Shown here one piece after another: positions 18,401 through 26,855 of a DNA stretch of 28,563 bases; position 1 is the stretch's first letter; the number at the start of each line of letters is the position of its first letter. A program made the translations under genes and the position numbers. The stretch comes from a virus. Its lineage: Duplodnaviria > Caudoviricetes. The stretch spans positions 1-28,563 of IMG/VR virus record IMGVR_UViG_3300032226_000477; one strand, written 5' to 3'. The notes beneath the pieces were generated by a model. That model saw only the letters and a program-made list of their open reading frames with translations, had not been told where the DNA came from and did no database searches.

Positions 18401-19479
18401 AAAAATACAAAGACTTAGCCGATTCGATAAAATTAGTCACCGATGCCACCGACAGACGAATTGCTGCACAAATTGCTCTTGACACCGTAAGCAATGTAAA
18501 CACATACAAAACACAAACAAAATCTATTCAAGATCAACTCAGTGAGTTCAAGTTGAGAAATCGGCTGCAAATGGAAGGCGTTCGCCCCGAAATAGTCGAC
18601 CAACAGGTTGAGCTTGATCGCGTAACTAGAGCCTACACTGCAACGCTAAATTCCCTGCAGGTTCAGCTTGCGAGCATAAACGAGCGACAAAAGCCCGAAC
18701 AGTACGCAGCTAAACTCAATCAAATCAACCAAGAAACCGCTGCCTACAAAGAGCAAATTGCAGCCCAGGAAGCCCTAAACAAAGCCCAAAACGACGAACG
18801 CAACATTTTCAGCTTTGACAAAAGCGCCAAGGCCGGAATCGACGGTTACATCGAATCCATCGGCACTTTAAACAACGCTACGTCAAACTTGGTGCAAAGC
18901 GGTTTTAATGGAATTAGTACGGCCCTCAGAGAACTTCAGTCAACCGGATCAACCGATTTCAGGAAATTTGCGCTTGGCCTTATTTCGGACATGCAAGATA
19001 TTATCACTAAACAATTAATCGTCGCCACTGCCGCCAAACTGCTTCGCGGCCTCTTTGGCGGCTTTGGCGGCGGCGGCCCTGTTGGGCTTTTCGGCGGCGG
19101 CGGTGTTGACTTTGCCGGGGCCATGAACATGCCCAAGTTGTTCGCCAACGGCGGCGTAATGACCTCCAGTGGCCCCCTGAAGCTCCAGACCTATGCCCGT
19201 GGCGGGATCGCCGACCGGCCCCAACTGGCCCTGTTTGGCGAGGGCTCAAGGCCCGAGGCATACGTTCCCCTCCCTGACGGCAGGCGCATCCCAGTGGCGA
19301 TGCAGGGCGGCGCAGGCGCAGCCGGCGGCGACACCAATATCACCATCAACGTGGACGCCACCGGCACGCGGGCGGCGGGCGACCAAGGCAGGAGTAAAGC
19401 GCTGGCCGATGACCTAGCCCAAATAATCGACGCCCGCCTGATTTATCACCGCCGACCTAACGGCATTCTGGCTAGCTAA
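15436..19479 (+). CDS. Tape measure protein with embedded Zn-peptidase-like domain and 99-aa tandem duplication
   Basis: TQILSKGKISAEELSSQLGERIPGA tape-measure domain; long coiled coils; C-terminal FANGG...YARGG...GEGSRPEAYVPL. Confidence 0.93.
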   Translation: MTSNRTVKFEFLVDADARQIDRFHDALRRMGDGSATSEKTLTSLREELQRFASISDKTENNLQAQISALRGAAANADLTRGEYVQLRREAHALQEEYKLLTTNIVGLDRTYKVATQSARQFSQEQIAAAQRTNNLYLNNSGQRSADATNRAQFLAGTSGAASVFPVDPTSQLGFQQRIANLRQEATLVGMGTDAYKERALAINKLEQEYQQLSRVEDQSTIDNRSRAGRRQRIREIGNVASNVAIGGFFGGPEGLAGSAAGAFAGSFFGPGGMVAGAQLGASVGLAAQQARIQATAVADMVAQLNLAKTALAQVSANQTDYNQKLQFARQVSTDYSVGLQATIEGYSKVTAAAAANGLTLKETETIYRGLLASGVAFGASQDDLQSIITATTQILSKGKISAEELSSQLGERIPGAVAKFAQATGRPLAQLAKDLQDGKVNIADFVKFARGQLDDYDKAAKLIGSSPEKAGERLNLALTRSGELYGTFFQKVGAGFQDVGTAIVQWANNNVGALARIASASALFINDLKYQFNQFKDFTHEGVTKLIPGIAPSKTTAQPGQYTISPEMVTQTREQTAREAWRIKFETENFYSGFNPTLFNQSKTNPALGDQTAADDEKAKKAADTETKLREQLASEERRRAELLANNAIRLADRVFEHQQNLIRRRYELENSLIEATRRAQESALIGPAREALAFANRLKAVREDEIRQIRDASENTALMRQGLRSSVAQAANTARYAEVPQSAAGGSRSGFPEFISASQMRAWLKSQGYERTSGDFTNKGHRTPNHMLNAIDTGEMDGSYSNAVQRAKDLEARLRRTGAFDDQLFGPTRDPKGHKDHVHIPTPGGRIRVTPGLAEVMQLGTTLSRTQPGVASGLGRLAADMGDVRMSEANLRGAREQQELTEAKIGPISQQRAIAETNTFTESYRAQTKVLQDQQRELTLRNELVLKGVRPEVIDQQASLNQLIRDYTETLTTLQGELGKIDSKKEPQKYKDLADSIKLVTDATDRRIAAQIALDTVSNVNTYKTQTKSIQDQLSEFKLRNRLQMEGVRPEIVDQQVELDRVTRAYTATLNSLQVQLASINERQKPEQYAAKLNQINQETAAYKEQIAAQEALNKAQNDERNIFSFDKSAKAGIDGYIESIGTLNNATSNLVQSGFNGISTALRELQSTGSTDFRKFALGLISDMQDIITKQLIVATAAKLLRGLFGGFGGGGPVGLFGGGGVDFAGAMNMPKLFANGGVMTSSGPLKLQTYARGGIADRPQLALFGEGSRPEAYVPLPDGRRIPVAMQGGAGAAGGDTNITINVDATGTRAAGDQGRSKALADDLAQIIDARLIYHRRPNGILAS
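18208..18801 (+). repeat. Two diverged 297-bp (99-aa) tandem units in the tape measure gene
   Basis: GGCGTTCGCCCCGAA at 18280 and 18577; YRAQTK...LRN...GVRPEVIDQQ...IAAQ versus YKTQTK...LRN...GVRPEIVDQQ...IAAQ. Confidence 0.85.
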
Positions 19480-19482
19480 TTC

Positions 19483-19869
19483 ATGGCAACCTTTACTTGG
19501 ACGCCATCGTTCAACTCCACAGAGTCAAGCCAGCCAAAAGTGCTAGAGACCGAGTTCGGGGACGGTTACAGCCAAAGAGTCAGAATGGGCTTGAACTCAG
19601 ACCCGAAAACATGGGACTTACAGTTTGAAAACCGCACCGATACCGAGCGCAACGAGATTCGGGCTTTCCTCGAAGCCCGTGGGGGCGCGGAGTCGTTTGA
19701 CTGGACTACACCGTATGGGCAAACCGGAAGGAAGTGGACTTGCAAAGAGTGGAGCATCATCCCTACTCACTGCAACAACAACCAGATTCGCGCCAAGTTT
19801 GAGCAGGTATTTGATGCCGGCAGTCTGGACGAGGCGCCAATACTGATCCTAAACGGTGACTTCCTATGA
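19483..19869 (+). CDS. Minor (distal) tail protein, lambda gpM-like, with C-terminal extension ending ILNGDFL
   Basis: TFTWTP, FGDGYSQR, FLEARGGAESFDWTTP, AKFEQVF. Confidence 0.9.
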   Translation: MATFTWTPSFNSTESSQPKVLETEFGDGYSQRVRMGLNSDPKTWDLQFENRTDTERNEIRAFLEARGGAESFDWTTPYGQTGRKWTCKEWSIIPTHCNNNQIRAKFEQVFDAGSLDEAPILILNGDFL

Positions 19870-19901
19870 CCACCTACCAAACGCAATGGCAGCATTGCTA
19901 A
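19866..19901 (+). pseudogene. 11-codon remnant MTTYQTQWQHC of a fibre gene start
   Basis: First 7 residues are identical to the N-terminus of the 8318..12796 fibre, with the same ATGA overlap on an upstream ILNGDFL-stop. Confidence 0.7.
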
Positions 19902-19924
19902 CCACGACGGAGATCTAGCCAGTC

Positions 19925-20611
19925 ATGCCCATCCCATTCGCCGAAGCCCAACTGCCCGCCCCCACGGCGCTAATCGAGCTGTTTGAGCTAGAGCTGATTC
20001 CTGCTATCCATGACGTGGGCACGGTCTATCGCTTCTATGCCGGCTTGAATGCCAAGGGCGACGGAAGCGAGCTGGTGTGGGCTGGAAATAACTACATGGA
20101 CTTGCCCATTAAGGCCGATGGATTCAGCTACAGCGGCAGCGGCCCACTGCCCAGACCCACGCTTCGGGTCTCAAACGTTCTGGGCACCATCACCGCCCTG
20201 CTGTTGACCCTGCCTGCGGGTCTGGAAGGGGCCAGGGTAACGCGCCGCCGCACCCATGCTTGCTACTTGGATGCCGTTAACTTCCCAGGCAATGTCAACC
20301 CCTTGGGAACACCGGATCCTACGGCTGAGTACCCAATCGAGCAATACTTTATCGATCGCAAGAATGGTGAGAGCCGCGTCGAGGTTGAGTTTGAATTGTG
20401 CTCCGCATTCGACCTTGCCGGTGTGCGGGCGCCAAAGCGGCAGGTGACCCGCTACTGCCCGTGGGTCTACCCACCAACAGCGGCCAACCCAGAATGCGGC
20501 TACAGCGGCCCCCTGCTAAGCTGTGCCAAGACGCTGGCCGCCTGTCGTGAGCATTTCGGCGGCGGCGCACAGTTGCCGTTTGGCGGCTTTCCTGGCGCTG
20601 GAGCTTACTAA
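19925..20611 (+). CDS. Minor tail protein, lambda gpL-like
   Basis: LIELFEL, LPRPTLRVSN, YLDAVNF, four C-terminal Cys (CPWVY..ECGY..SCAK..AC), LPFGGFPG. Confidence 0.92.
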   Translation: MPIPFAEAQLPAPTALIELFELELIPAIHDVGTVYRFYAGLNAKGDGSELVWAGNNYMDLPIKADGFSYSGSGPLPRPTLRVSNVLGTITALLLTLPAGLEGARVTRRRTHACYLDAVNFPGNVNPLGTPDPTAEYPIEQYFIDRKNGESRVEVEFELCSAFDLAGVRAPKRQVTRYCPWVYPPTAANPECGYSGPLLSCAKTLAACREHFGGGAQLPFGGFPGAGAY

Positions 20612-20612
20612 C

Positions 20613-21326
20613 ATGATCGACCTCGACGACAGCATCAAGGCCGAGGCCCTGGCCCATGCCCGGCAGGACGGCCCACGCGAGGCCTGCGGTCTGGTATTGG
20701 TGATCAAGGGAAAGCAGGTCTACCGGGCTTGCCGCAACGTCTCAGACGAGCCAGGCGAGATGTTTACGATCGATCCCGATGACTACCGCCGGGCGGAAGA
20801 CGACGGCGAAGTGCTGGCCGTGTTCCACTCGCACCCAATCACCCCTCCAGGTCCGCACCCCGATGACAAGGCCGCGTGCGAAGCCTCGGGCCTGCCCTGG
20901 TTCATCGTGAACCCCAAGACCCAGGCATGGGCCGAGATTGAGCCCTGCGGCTACAAGGCCCCGCTGATTGGCCGTGGGTGGGTGTGGGGTGCTCAGGACT
21001 GCTGGACGTTGGTGCGCGACTGGTACGCGGAGCAGGGCACTGTTCTGCCGGATTGGCCTCGGCCGGCTCGGGTTTCCGAGTTCGAGGAAGAGCCGATGTT
21101 TGAGGGGCTTCGGGAGGAGGCGGGATTTGAGCAGATCGACCCGGCCGATATAAGGGAAGGCGATGCCGTGTTGATGGCGATCTCAAACGCCAGGCTTAAC
21201 CACGTCGGCGTCTACTTGGATGATCAGCAGCTGCTGCATCACCTCAGGGGCAGGTTGTCGAGTCGGGATCTTTATGGCGGCTGGTTGCAGAACTGCACCG
21301 GCTGGGTGGGCAGACTGAAGGCATGA
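20613..21326 (+). CDS. Tail tip assembly protein, gpK-like (JAB/MPN + NlpC/P60); start reassigned to ATG 20613
   Basis: PREACG, FHSHP...D; DCWTLVRDWY; NHVGVY; LLHH. Confidence 0.92.
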   Translation: MIDLDDSIKAEALAHARQDGPREACGLVLVIKGKQVYRACRNVSDEPGEMFTIDPDDYRRAEDDGEVLAVFHSHPITPPGPHPDDKAACEASGLPWFIVNPKTQAWAEIEPCGYKAPLIGRGWVWGAQDCWTLVRDWYAEQGTVLPDWPRPARVSEFEEEPMFEGLREEAGFEQIDPADIREGDAVLMAISNARLNHVGVYLDDQQLLHHLRGRLSSRDLYGGWLQNCTGWVGRLKA

Positions 21327-21937
21327 AAACGATCCGCGTCTACGGCCAGCTGGCTCGCTTCCTGAGGCGCCGCACCTTCCGCGCTGAGGTGGCCAGCGCG
21401 GCCGAGGCCGTGCGATTCCTGCTGGCCAACTTCCCCCAGGTGGAGAAGCACATGGCGGATCAGCACTATCGCGTGAGTATCGGGGCTCGGGCTCTTGAGC
21501 CCGAGGATCTCCACGAACCGGCCGGGCGGGCAGAGATTACGATCGTGCCCGTGATCGGCGGCGCTGGCGCCGTGGGGCGAGTCATCGGCGGAGTGGCCCT
21601 GGTCGCGGCTGCAATTGTCATAGGTCAACCGTGGCTAGGCCCCTTGGCGTTCTCGATGATCACCGGCGTAGGCGCCAGCTTGGCCCTGGGCGGCGTTGCG
21701 CAACTGCTTACCCCAGTGCCGCGCATTGCCGGGCCGGGCGCGACCAGTGCCGTAGGTGCCATGGCCAGCGCAAACAGCGCCAAGCCTGACAGCAGCGACC
21801 CACGGCGTAATTCATTGTTCAGTTCCATTCAAAACACGACTAAACAAGGCGTGCCGTTGCCGATAATTTTTGGCGAGGTAATCGTCGGTTCGGTAGTGGT
21901 TTCGGCCGCGATCGACGTTGATCAGGTGTGGGCATGA
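21323..21937 (+). CDS. Tail assembly protein, gpI-like
   Basis: IRVYGQL, IVPVIGGAG, LALGGVAQLLTP, QGVPLPIIFGEVIVGSVVVSA. Confidence 0.92.
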   Translation: MKTIRVYGQLARFLRRRTFRAEVASAAEAVRFLLANFPQVEKHMADQHYRVSIGARALEPEDLHEPAGRAEITIVPVIGGAGAVGRVIGGVALVAAAIVIGQPWLGPLAFSMITGVGASLALGGVAQLLTPVPRIAGPGATSAVGAMASANSAKPDSSDPRRNSLFSSIQNTTKQGVPLPIIFGEVIVGSVVVSAAIDVDQVWA

Positions 21938-24900
21938 GTAGCGGCGGGCGCACATCTGACAGGCCGCTGATCGGCGGCTCCGGCGGCCAGAGGAGTCGGC
22001 GCCAGCAAAGCCAACCAGTCCAGCAGCAATATGTCGTCGCGGCGCAGCCGGAGCAGTACGTTCCAACCGAAGCAACTAACAGCCTTTTCTCGTCTAGCTA
22101 CATTAAGATTCTCGATGCGATCGGCGAAGGGGAAATCCAAGGCCTAGTAAATGGCTTGCGGTCGATCTACCTAGACGGCACACCAATTCAGAACCCTGAT
22201 GGCAGCCTGAACTTTCGGGGCGTCAGCGTAGAAATACGCAATGGCACTCAGTTTCAGGACTATATCCCTGGACACGACGAAACAGCCAGCGAGACCGGCG
22301 TCGGCGTAGTGGTTACGGATTTAGAGCCGATCACTCGCACGATCACCGAGCCGGTCGATGCCGCTCGGGTGATCGTGACCCTGCCGACATTGCAAGAATT
22401 TACCGATAAAGGCGACGTACTGGGCTCCAGTGTTTACCTGCAAATTTATGTTCAGTACAACGGCGGCGGCTACCACCTCGCGCTCGAAGACACTATCACG
22501 GGCCGAACCTCGCAGCAATACCAGCGGCAATATCTGATCAACTTGTCAGGCCCGTTCCCGGTTGATATTCAGGTGAATCGGGTTACCCCTGACAGCACAA
22601 GCTCAAAAGTAAGCAATGCGTTTAGCTGGAGCAGTTTTTCGGCGATCACTTACGCCAAGCTGGCTTACCCTAATACTGCATTGATAGGATACAGAATCGA
22701 AGCCGACCAGTTTAACGGGGCGATCCCTTCCCGGAGCTGCCGGGTGCGGGGGCTGAAAGTGCAGATCCCCAGCAATGCCACGGTTGACTACGCCACCGGG
22801 CGATTGATCTATTCCGGCATTTGGAATGGAACATTCGGCGCCGCGCAGTGGACGAGCGACCCCGCCTGGTGCTTGTGGGCATTGCTCACCTCCCGCCGGT
22901 TCGGCTTTGGCGATCACCTCGACGCCAGTAAGCTCGATCGGTGGGCGTTTTTTTCCGCCAGCCAGTACGCCTCGGCGCTGGTGCCTGATGGATTTGGCGG
23001 CTGGGAGCCGAGGTTTAGTTGCAATGCCAACATTCAAACCGCTGATGATGCCTATCGGTTGATCGGCGATCTGTGTTCCGTGATGCGTTGCATGCCCTAT
23101 TGGGCCGCTGGTGCGCTCACGATCTCCCAGGACCGCCCGGCCGATCCGTCGTTTTCGTTCACCCTGGCCAATGTCGGCCCCGATGGATTCAGCTACAGCG
23201 GCAGCAGCCTGAAGACCCGACCAACCGTGGCCGTGGTCAGGTATCAGGATCTGGACCTCCGAAGCGAAAATTTCGAGGTAGTCGAGGATGCCGCCGGCAT
23301 CGCCCGTTATGGGGTGATAAAGGTCGAGATCGAGGCAATTTTTTGCACCAGCCAAGGCCAAGCCCGGCGCCTCGGGAAGTGGCTGCTTTACAGCGAGGTC
23401 AACGAAGGCGAGGTGGTCGCGTTCACCTCGGGCCTTGCAGCCGGAGCCGTCGTGCGGCCTGGGCAGATCGTCCAGGTCGCCGACCCCCTCCGGGCGGGAT
23501 CTCGCCGTGGCGGCGCCATTGCAGCAGCCACCACCACCGCAATCGCCCTGGACGACGCCACGGGCCTCACCGTGGCCAACAGCCCCACGCTCAGCGTGAT
23601 CTTGACCAATGCCACGGTGGAGACCCGACCAGTTACGTCAATCACGGGCAACGTGGTGGCGGTGTCGCCCGCGTTCAGCTCGGCACCGCAGGCCAACTCG
23701 ATTTGGATCTGGGAAACCTCCGACATTTTGGCCGCGCTTTGGCGCGTGCTGAGCGTCGGAGAGTCTGACGGGGTGCGATACCCAGTCACGGCCCTGGCTC
23801 ACAACCCCAGTAAGTACGGCTTCGTCGAGCGGGGCTTGGCGCTGACCAAGCGCGACATCACCGACCTCGATATTGTCCCGAACCCGCCGCAGAACCTCAC
23901 CGGCGCAGAGGTGCTTTACGAAGCCGGCGGCCGGGTCGCGGCCAAGCTGCAGCTCAGCTGGAGCTTGGTGCCAGGGGTCAGCACCTACCGGGTCAGCCAT
24001 CGCCGGATCCCAGGGAACTGGGAGCAGCGCAATGTCGGCGCGCCATCCATTGAGATCCTCGACACCCAGGCGGGAACCTACGAAATCCTGGTGGCCTCGG
24101 TAAAGACGGGGATTATCTTCAGCCGGCCAGCGCAGCTGCGATTCGTGGCCTTTGGGAAAACGGCGCCGCCCGTAAACGTGACTGGCGCTTCGCTGCTGCC
24201 GATCAACGAGGCCAGTGGAATCCTAAGCTGGGATCGCGCCAGCGACCTGGACGTGCGGGTGGGCGGGCGCGTGCTGATCCGGCACAGCCCACGCCTCGAC
24301 ACCCCGGAGTGGGGGGAGGCGACGAGCGTTGCGCATGCCGCCGCCGGCAACGAGGTGCAAAAACAGGTGCCGTTGTTGGAGGGCAGCTACTTGCTGAGGT
24401 TCGAGGATGATGGTGGGCGCCAGTCCCCCGAGGTGACCTATGTGGTCACCGACCTACCGCAGCCGCAGCCGCGCCTCTTGGTTAAGACTTACGCGGAAGA
24501 TGCGGAGAGCCCGCCATTCAATGGCAACGGGTTGAATATGCTTTATAGCGAATACTTTGGCGCGCTAATCATAGGTAGTGTGTCCCTGTGGGACTCAGCC
24601 GAAGGCTTGGTTGACTCTAGGGCGGGAATGATTGATGATCCTAGCGCCGCGCTGACGGAGCCCGTCGCGGCGCAGGGCGAATATGAGTTCGGCTCTACAT
24701 ACTCAATGAATGGCGTATATGATGTAAACATACGGCGCCGGTTGCAGACGCGAGCAACAAGCCAGCTTGACCTGTTTGATAGTCGCACTGGGCTATTTGA
24801 CGATGCGGCGGATGATTTTGACGGCGATTTCACAAGCGCCGTGGATGCTGCGCTGCTGGTACGGTCTACGCAAGACAATCCATCTGGATCCCCACAGTGG

Positions 24901-25281
24901 TCCGAATGGCGCGAGGTGGCGAATGGGATCGCGCGGGGGCGGGGTTTTCAGTTCAAGCTGGTAGCCACCAGCGGCGACAGTTCACAGAACATCCTGGTCG
25001 AAGAGCTTGGTGCCGAGATGGAACTGCAGCAACGCATCGAGCAGTCCGGCACCCTGTCAGCCCCGGCGAGCACTTATGCGGTGACCTTTGCCGAGCGATT
25101 TTACGAGGCGCCGAACATTGGTGTCACGGGTTACAACATGGCGGCGGGCGAATACTGGGTCATCAATCCTACATCAATCACGCGATCGGGCTTTAGTCTC
25201 ACCTTCAGGAACAGTGCCGGAGCGGCTGTGGCTAGACAGTTTAACTATACTGCTATTGGATTTGGTCGGGAGGTCACCTAA
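21934..25281 (+). CDS. Central tail fibre / host specificity protein, gpJ-like (ATG 21934 preferred)
   Basis: DAIGEGEIQGL, YPNTAL, WTSDPAWC, EPRFSCN, CTSQGQARRLGKW, FN3-like segments; ATGA overlap with gpI. Confidence 0.93.
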   Translation: MSSGGRTSDRPLIGGSGGQRSRRQQSQPVQQQYVVAAQPEQYVPTEATNSLFSSSYIKILDAIGEGEIQGLVNGLRSIYLDGTPIQNPDGSLNFRGVSVEIRNGTQFQDYIPGHDETASETGVGVVVTDLEPITRTITEPVDAARVIVTLPTLQEFTDKGDVLGSSVYLQIYVQYNGGGYHLALEDTITGRTSQQYQRQYLINLSGPFPVDIQVNRVTPDSTSSKVSNAFSWSSFSAITYAKLAYPNTALIGYRIEADQFNGAIPSRSCRVRGLKVQIPSNATVDYATGRLIYSGIWNGTFGAAQWTSDPAWCLWALLTSRRFGFGDHLDASKLDRWAFFSASQYASALVPDGFGGWEPRFSCNANIQTADDAYRLIGDLCSVMRCMPYWAAGALTISQDRPADPSFSFTLANVGPDGFSYSGSSLKTRPTVAVVRYQDLDLRSENFEVVEDAAGIARYGVIKVEIEAIFCTSQGQARRLGKWLLYSEVNEGEVVAFTSGLAAGAVVRPGQIVQVADPLRAGSRRGGAIAAATTTAIALDDATGLTVANSPTLSVILTNATVETRPVTSITGNVVAVSPAFSSAPQANSIWIWETSDILAALWRVLSVGESDGVRYPVTALAHNPSKYGFVERGLALTKRDITDLDIVPNPPQNLTGAEVLYEAGGRVAAKLQLSWSLVPGVSTYRVSHRRIPGNWEQRNVGAPSIEILDTQAGTYEILVASVKTGIIFSRPAQLRFVAFGKTAPPVNVTGASLLPINEASGILSWDRASDLDVRVGGRVLIRHSPRLDTPEWGEATSVAHAAAGNEVQKQVPLLEGSYLLRFEDDGGRQSPEVTYVVTDLPQPQPRLLVKTYAEDAESPPFNGNGLNMLYSEYFGALIIGSVSLWDSAEGLVDSRAGMIDDPSAALTEPVAAQGEYEFGSTYSMNGVYDVNIRRRLQTRATSQLDLFDSRTGLFDDAADDFDGDFTSAVDAALLVRSTQDNPSGSPQWSEWREVANGIARGRGFQFKLVATSGDSSQNILVEELGAEMELQQRIEQSGTLSAPASTYAVTFAERFYEAPNIGVTGYNMAAGEYWVINPTSITRSGFSLTFRNSAGAAVARQFNYTAIGFGREVT

Positions 25282-26123
25282 TGCCCCAGCACGATTACAA
25301 CATCAGCAATCAGTCGTTTTCAGCATTTCGTGCCGACGTAAACAGCGCTTTTGCAGCGGTTGTGACCAGCAACAGCGGAGCGCTTGAGCCCTCGCCGACT
25401 TACGCCTTCATGCGTTGGCCCGACCAAGCGACGGGGCTCTGGAAGGTCCGCAACTCTTCCAATACTGCGTGGGTCACTATCGGCCCCATCGATCAAGCGG
25501 CTTACGGGCTGGCGCCGTTGGCGTCTCCCCAGTTCACCGGCGCACCAACCGCCCCGACCGCAGCCGCGGGCACCAGCACAGTCCAGCTGGCAAACACGCA
25601 GTTTGTAGCTACAGCCGTAGCTACAGCCGTAGCGACTGCTGCGCCCGTGCTGGGCACAGTGCAGAGCAGCACCAGCGGGACCGCGATCAACTTTACTGGC
25701 ATCCCGAGCTATGCAAAAAGAGTTACCCTACTGTTCAACGGGGTCAGTCAAAGTAGCAGTAATGATATACTTGTGCAGCTTGGGGTAGGTACAACCCCGA
25801 CAACAAGCGGGTACACCCAGGGTCAGTCTGCCCTTGTCTTTACATCGGGAGGTACAACTGTCACGACTTCAGCGACTGGCATTCCAATCCTTAACTTTTT
25901 GCCTGCATACATCATTAGCGGTCGCCTTGTAATCGAAAGGTTTGACCCCTCGGGTAACACTTGGCTCGCCACCGGGCATTTCACAACTACAGCCGGCGCG
26001 ATTGGGGCAATTACTTCAACTGGCGTAGTTTCCCTCTCCGGTGCACTTGGGATGGTCCGCGTTACCACGGCGGCGGGCACGACCGCCTTCGATCTGGGCT
26101 CAATGAACATTATCGTCGAGTGA
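25281..26123 (+). CDS. Short tail fibre protein
   Basis: MPQHDYNISNQ...FRADVN N-terminus; GLAPLASPQFTGAPTAPT...QLANTQFV fibre motif; beta-rich C-terminal domain; follows gpJ. Confidence 0.8.
   Translation: MPQHDYNISNQSFSAFRADVNSAFAAVVTSNSGALEPSPTYAFMRWPDQATGLWKVRNSSNTAWVTIGPIDQAAYGLAPLASPQFTGAPTAPTAAAGTSTVQLANTQFVATAVATAVATAAPVLGTVQSSTSGTAINFTGIPSYAKRVTLLFNGVSQSSSNDILVQLGVGTTPTTSGYTQGQSALVFTSGGTTVTTSATGIPILNFLPAYIISGRLVIERFDPSGNTWLATGHFTTTAGAIGAITSTGVVSLSGALGMVRVTTAAGTTAFDLGSMNIIVE
25605..25633 (+). repeat. In-frame 12-bp tandem repeat GTAGCTACAGCC x2.4 (VATA)
   Basis: Read directly from the sequence. Confidence 0.8.
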
Positions 26124-26168
26124 TCGGGCTCCCATATTGCAACCGCTGGGCTAGACGGGGTGTTTGAT

Positions 26169-26204
26169 CTGTAGCCTGCCGCACTCCGCTGTAGCCTGTC
26201 GCAC
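26169..26204 (+). repeat. 16-bp direct repeat CTGTAGCCTGYCGCAC with 20-bp period, upstream of the lysis module
   Basis: 26169-26184 and 26189-26204, one mismatch. Confidence 0.75.
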
Positions 26205-26250
26205 CCGAGGAGCATGGACCTAGAATTGGGATACCAGAGCTAGGTTTGCC

Positions 26251-26628
26251 GTGGGTGCTTTAGAGCCAGTAGCGCTCCTCGTTGCGGGCGCAATCGTAAA
26301 GTGGATATTTGATTTAGCGGCTGAGCGCACAAAAAAGGCAGACGAAATTGACAAAAATCTTGCATTAGAAGACAACAGGTTGCGTGACAAAGTTGCGGAA
26401 ATTGACAAAGTAAACTCAACTGCCATTGCCACGCTTAACTCTGGAATTAACCACGTAGCCGGAGAACTTTCTGGTATTCGTAGTGACATGAGAGATCATC
26501 GCGCTATTGTCTTTGAACGCCTAGAGCGCAACGAGCGAGAGATTGGGGATGTAAAAACGCTTGTGCAAAAAACCAACGTTTACGTTGAAGCCATTCAATG
26601 CAAGCTGAACGAAAAGCCGACGTTATGA
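26251..26628 (+). CDS. Membrane-anchored coiled-coil protein of the lysis module
   Basis: One N-terminal hydrophobic segment followed by coiled coil; first gene before the lysin. Confidence 0.6.
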   Translation: MGALEPVALLVAGAIVKWIFDLAAERTKKADEIDKNLALEDNRLRDKVAEIDKVNSTAIATLNSGINHVAGELSGIRSDMRDHRAIVFERLERNEREIGDVKTLVQKTNVYVEAIQCKLNEKPTL

Positions 26629-26855
26629 ATAAAATAAAATTTGTTATTGGTTCCACATCTCTTTTGGCAGCCGTTATGGGCGGAATCTATATTATTGACT
26701 GCCGAAGTTTTGCTAAAACTAACGACGAAGCCAGCGCTTGCTACCTAACTGGCTTGCCAATTATGGGAATTGCCACTGCTGGCTACGGTGGTTTTAAGGC
26801 TGGCTATAATACATACAATCCAGCTTTGCGTAAACCGGAGGATGAGCAGCAATGA
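26625..26855 (+). CDS. Small two-TM protein, holin candidate (start reassigned to ATG 26625)
   Basis: Two hydrophobic segments and a charged tail; ATGA overlaps on both sides; immediately precedes the lysin. Confidence 0.6.
   Translation: MNKIKFVIGSTSLLAAVMGGIYIIDCRSFAKTNDEASACYLTGLPIMGIATAGYGGFKAGYNTYNPALRKPEDEQQ

Noticed and set aside
22603-23768. Long alternative-frame ORFs inside gpJ (252 aa on -, 231 aa on +) and similar shadow ORFs elsewhere
   Set aside because: They overlap well-supported genes in GC-rich DNA and show no recognisable motifs.
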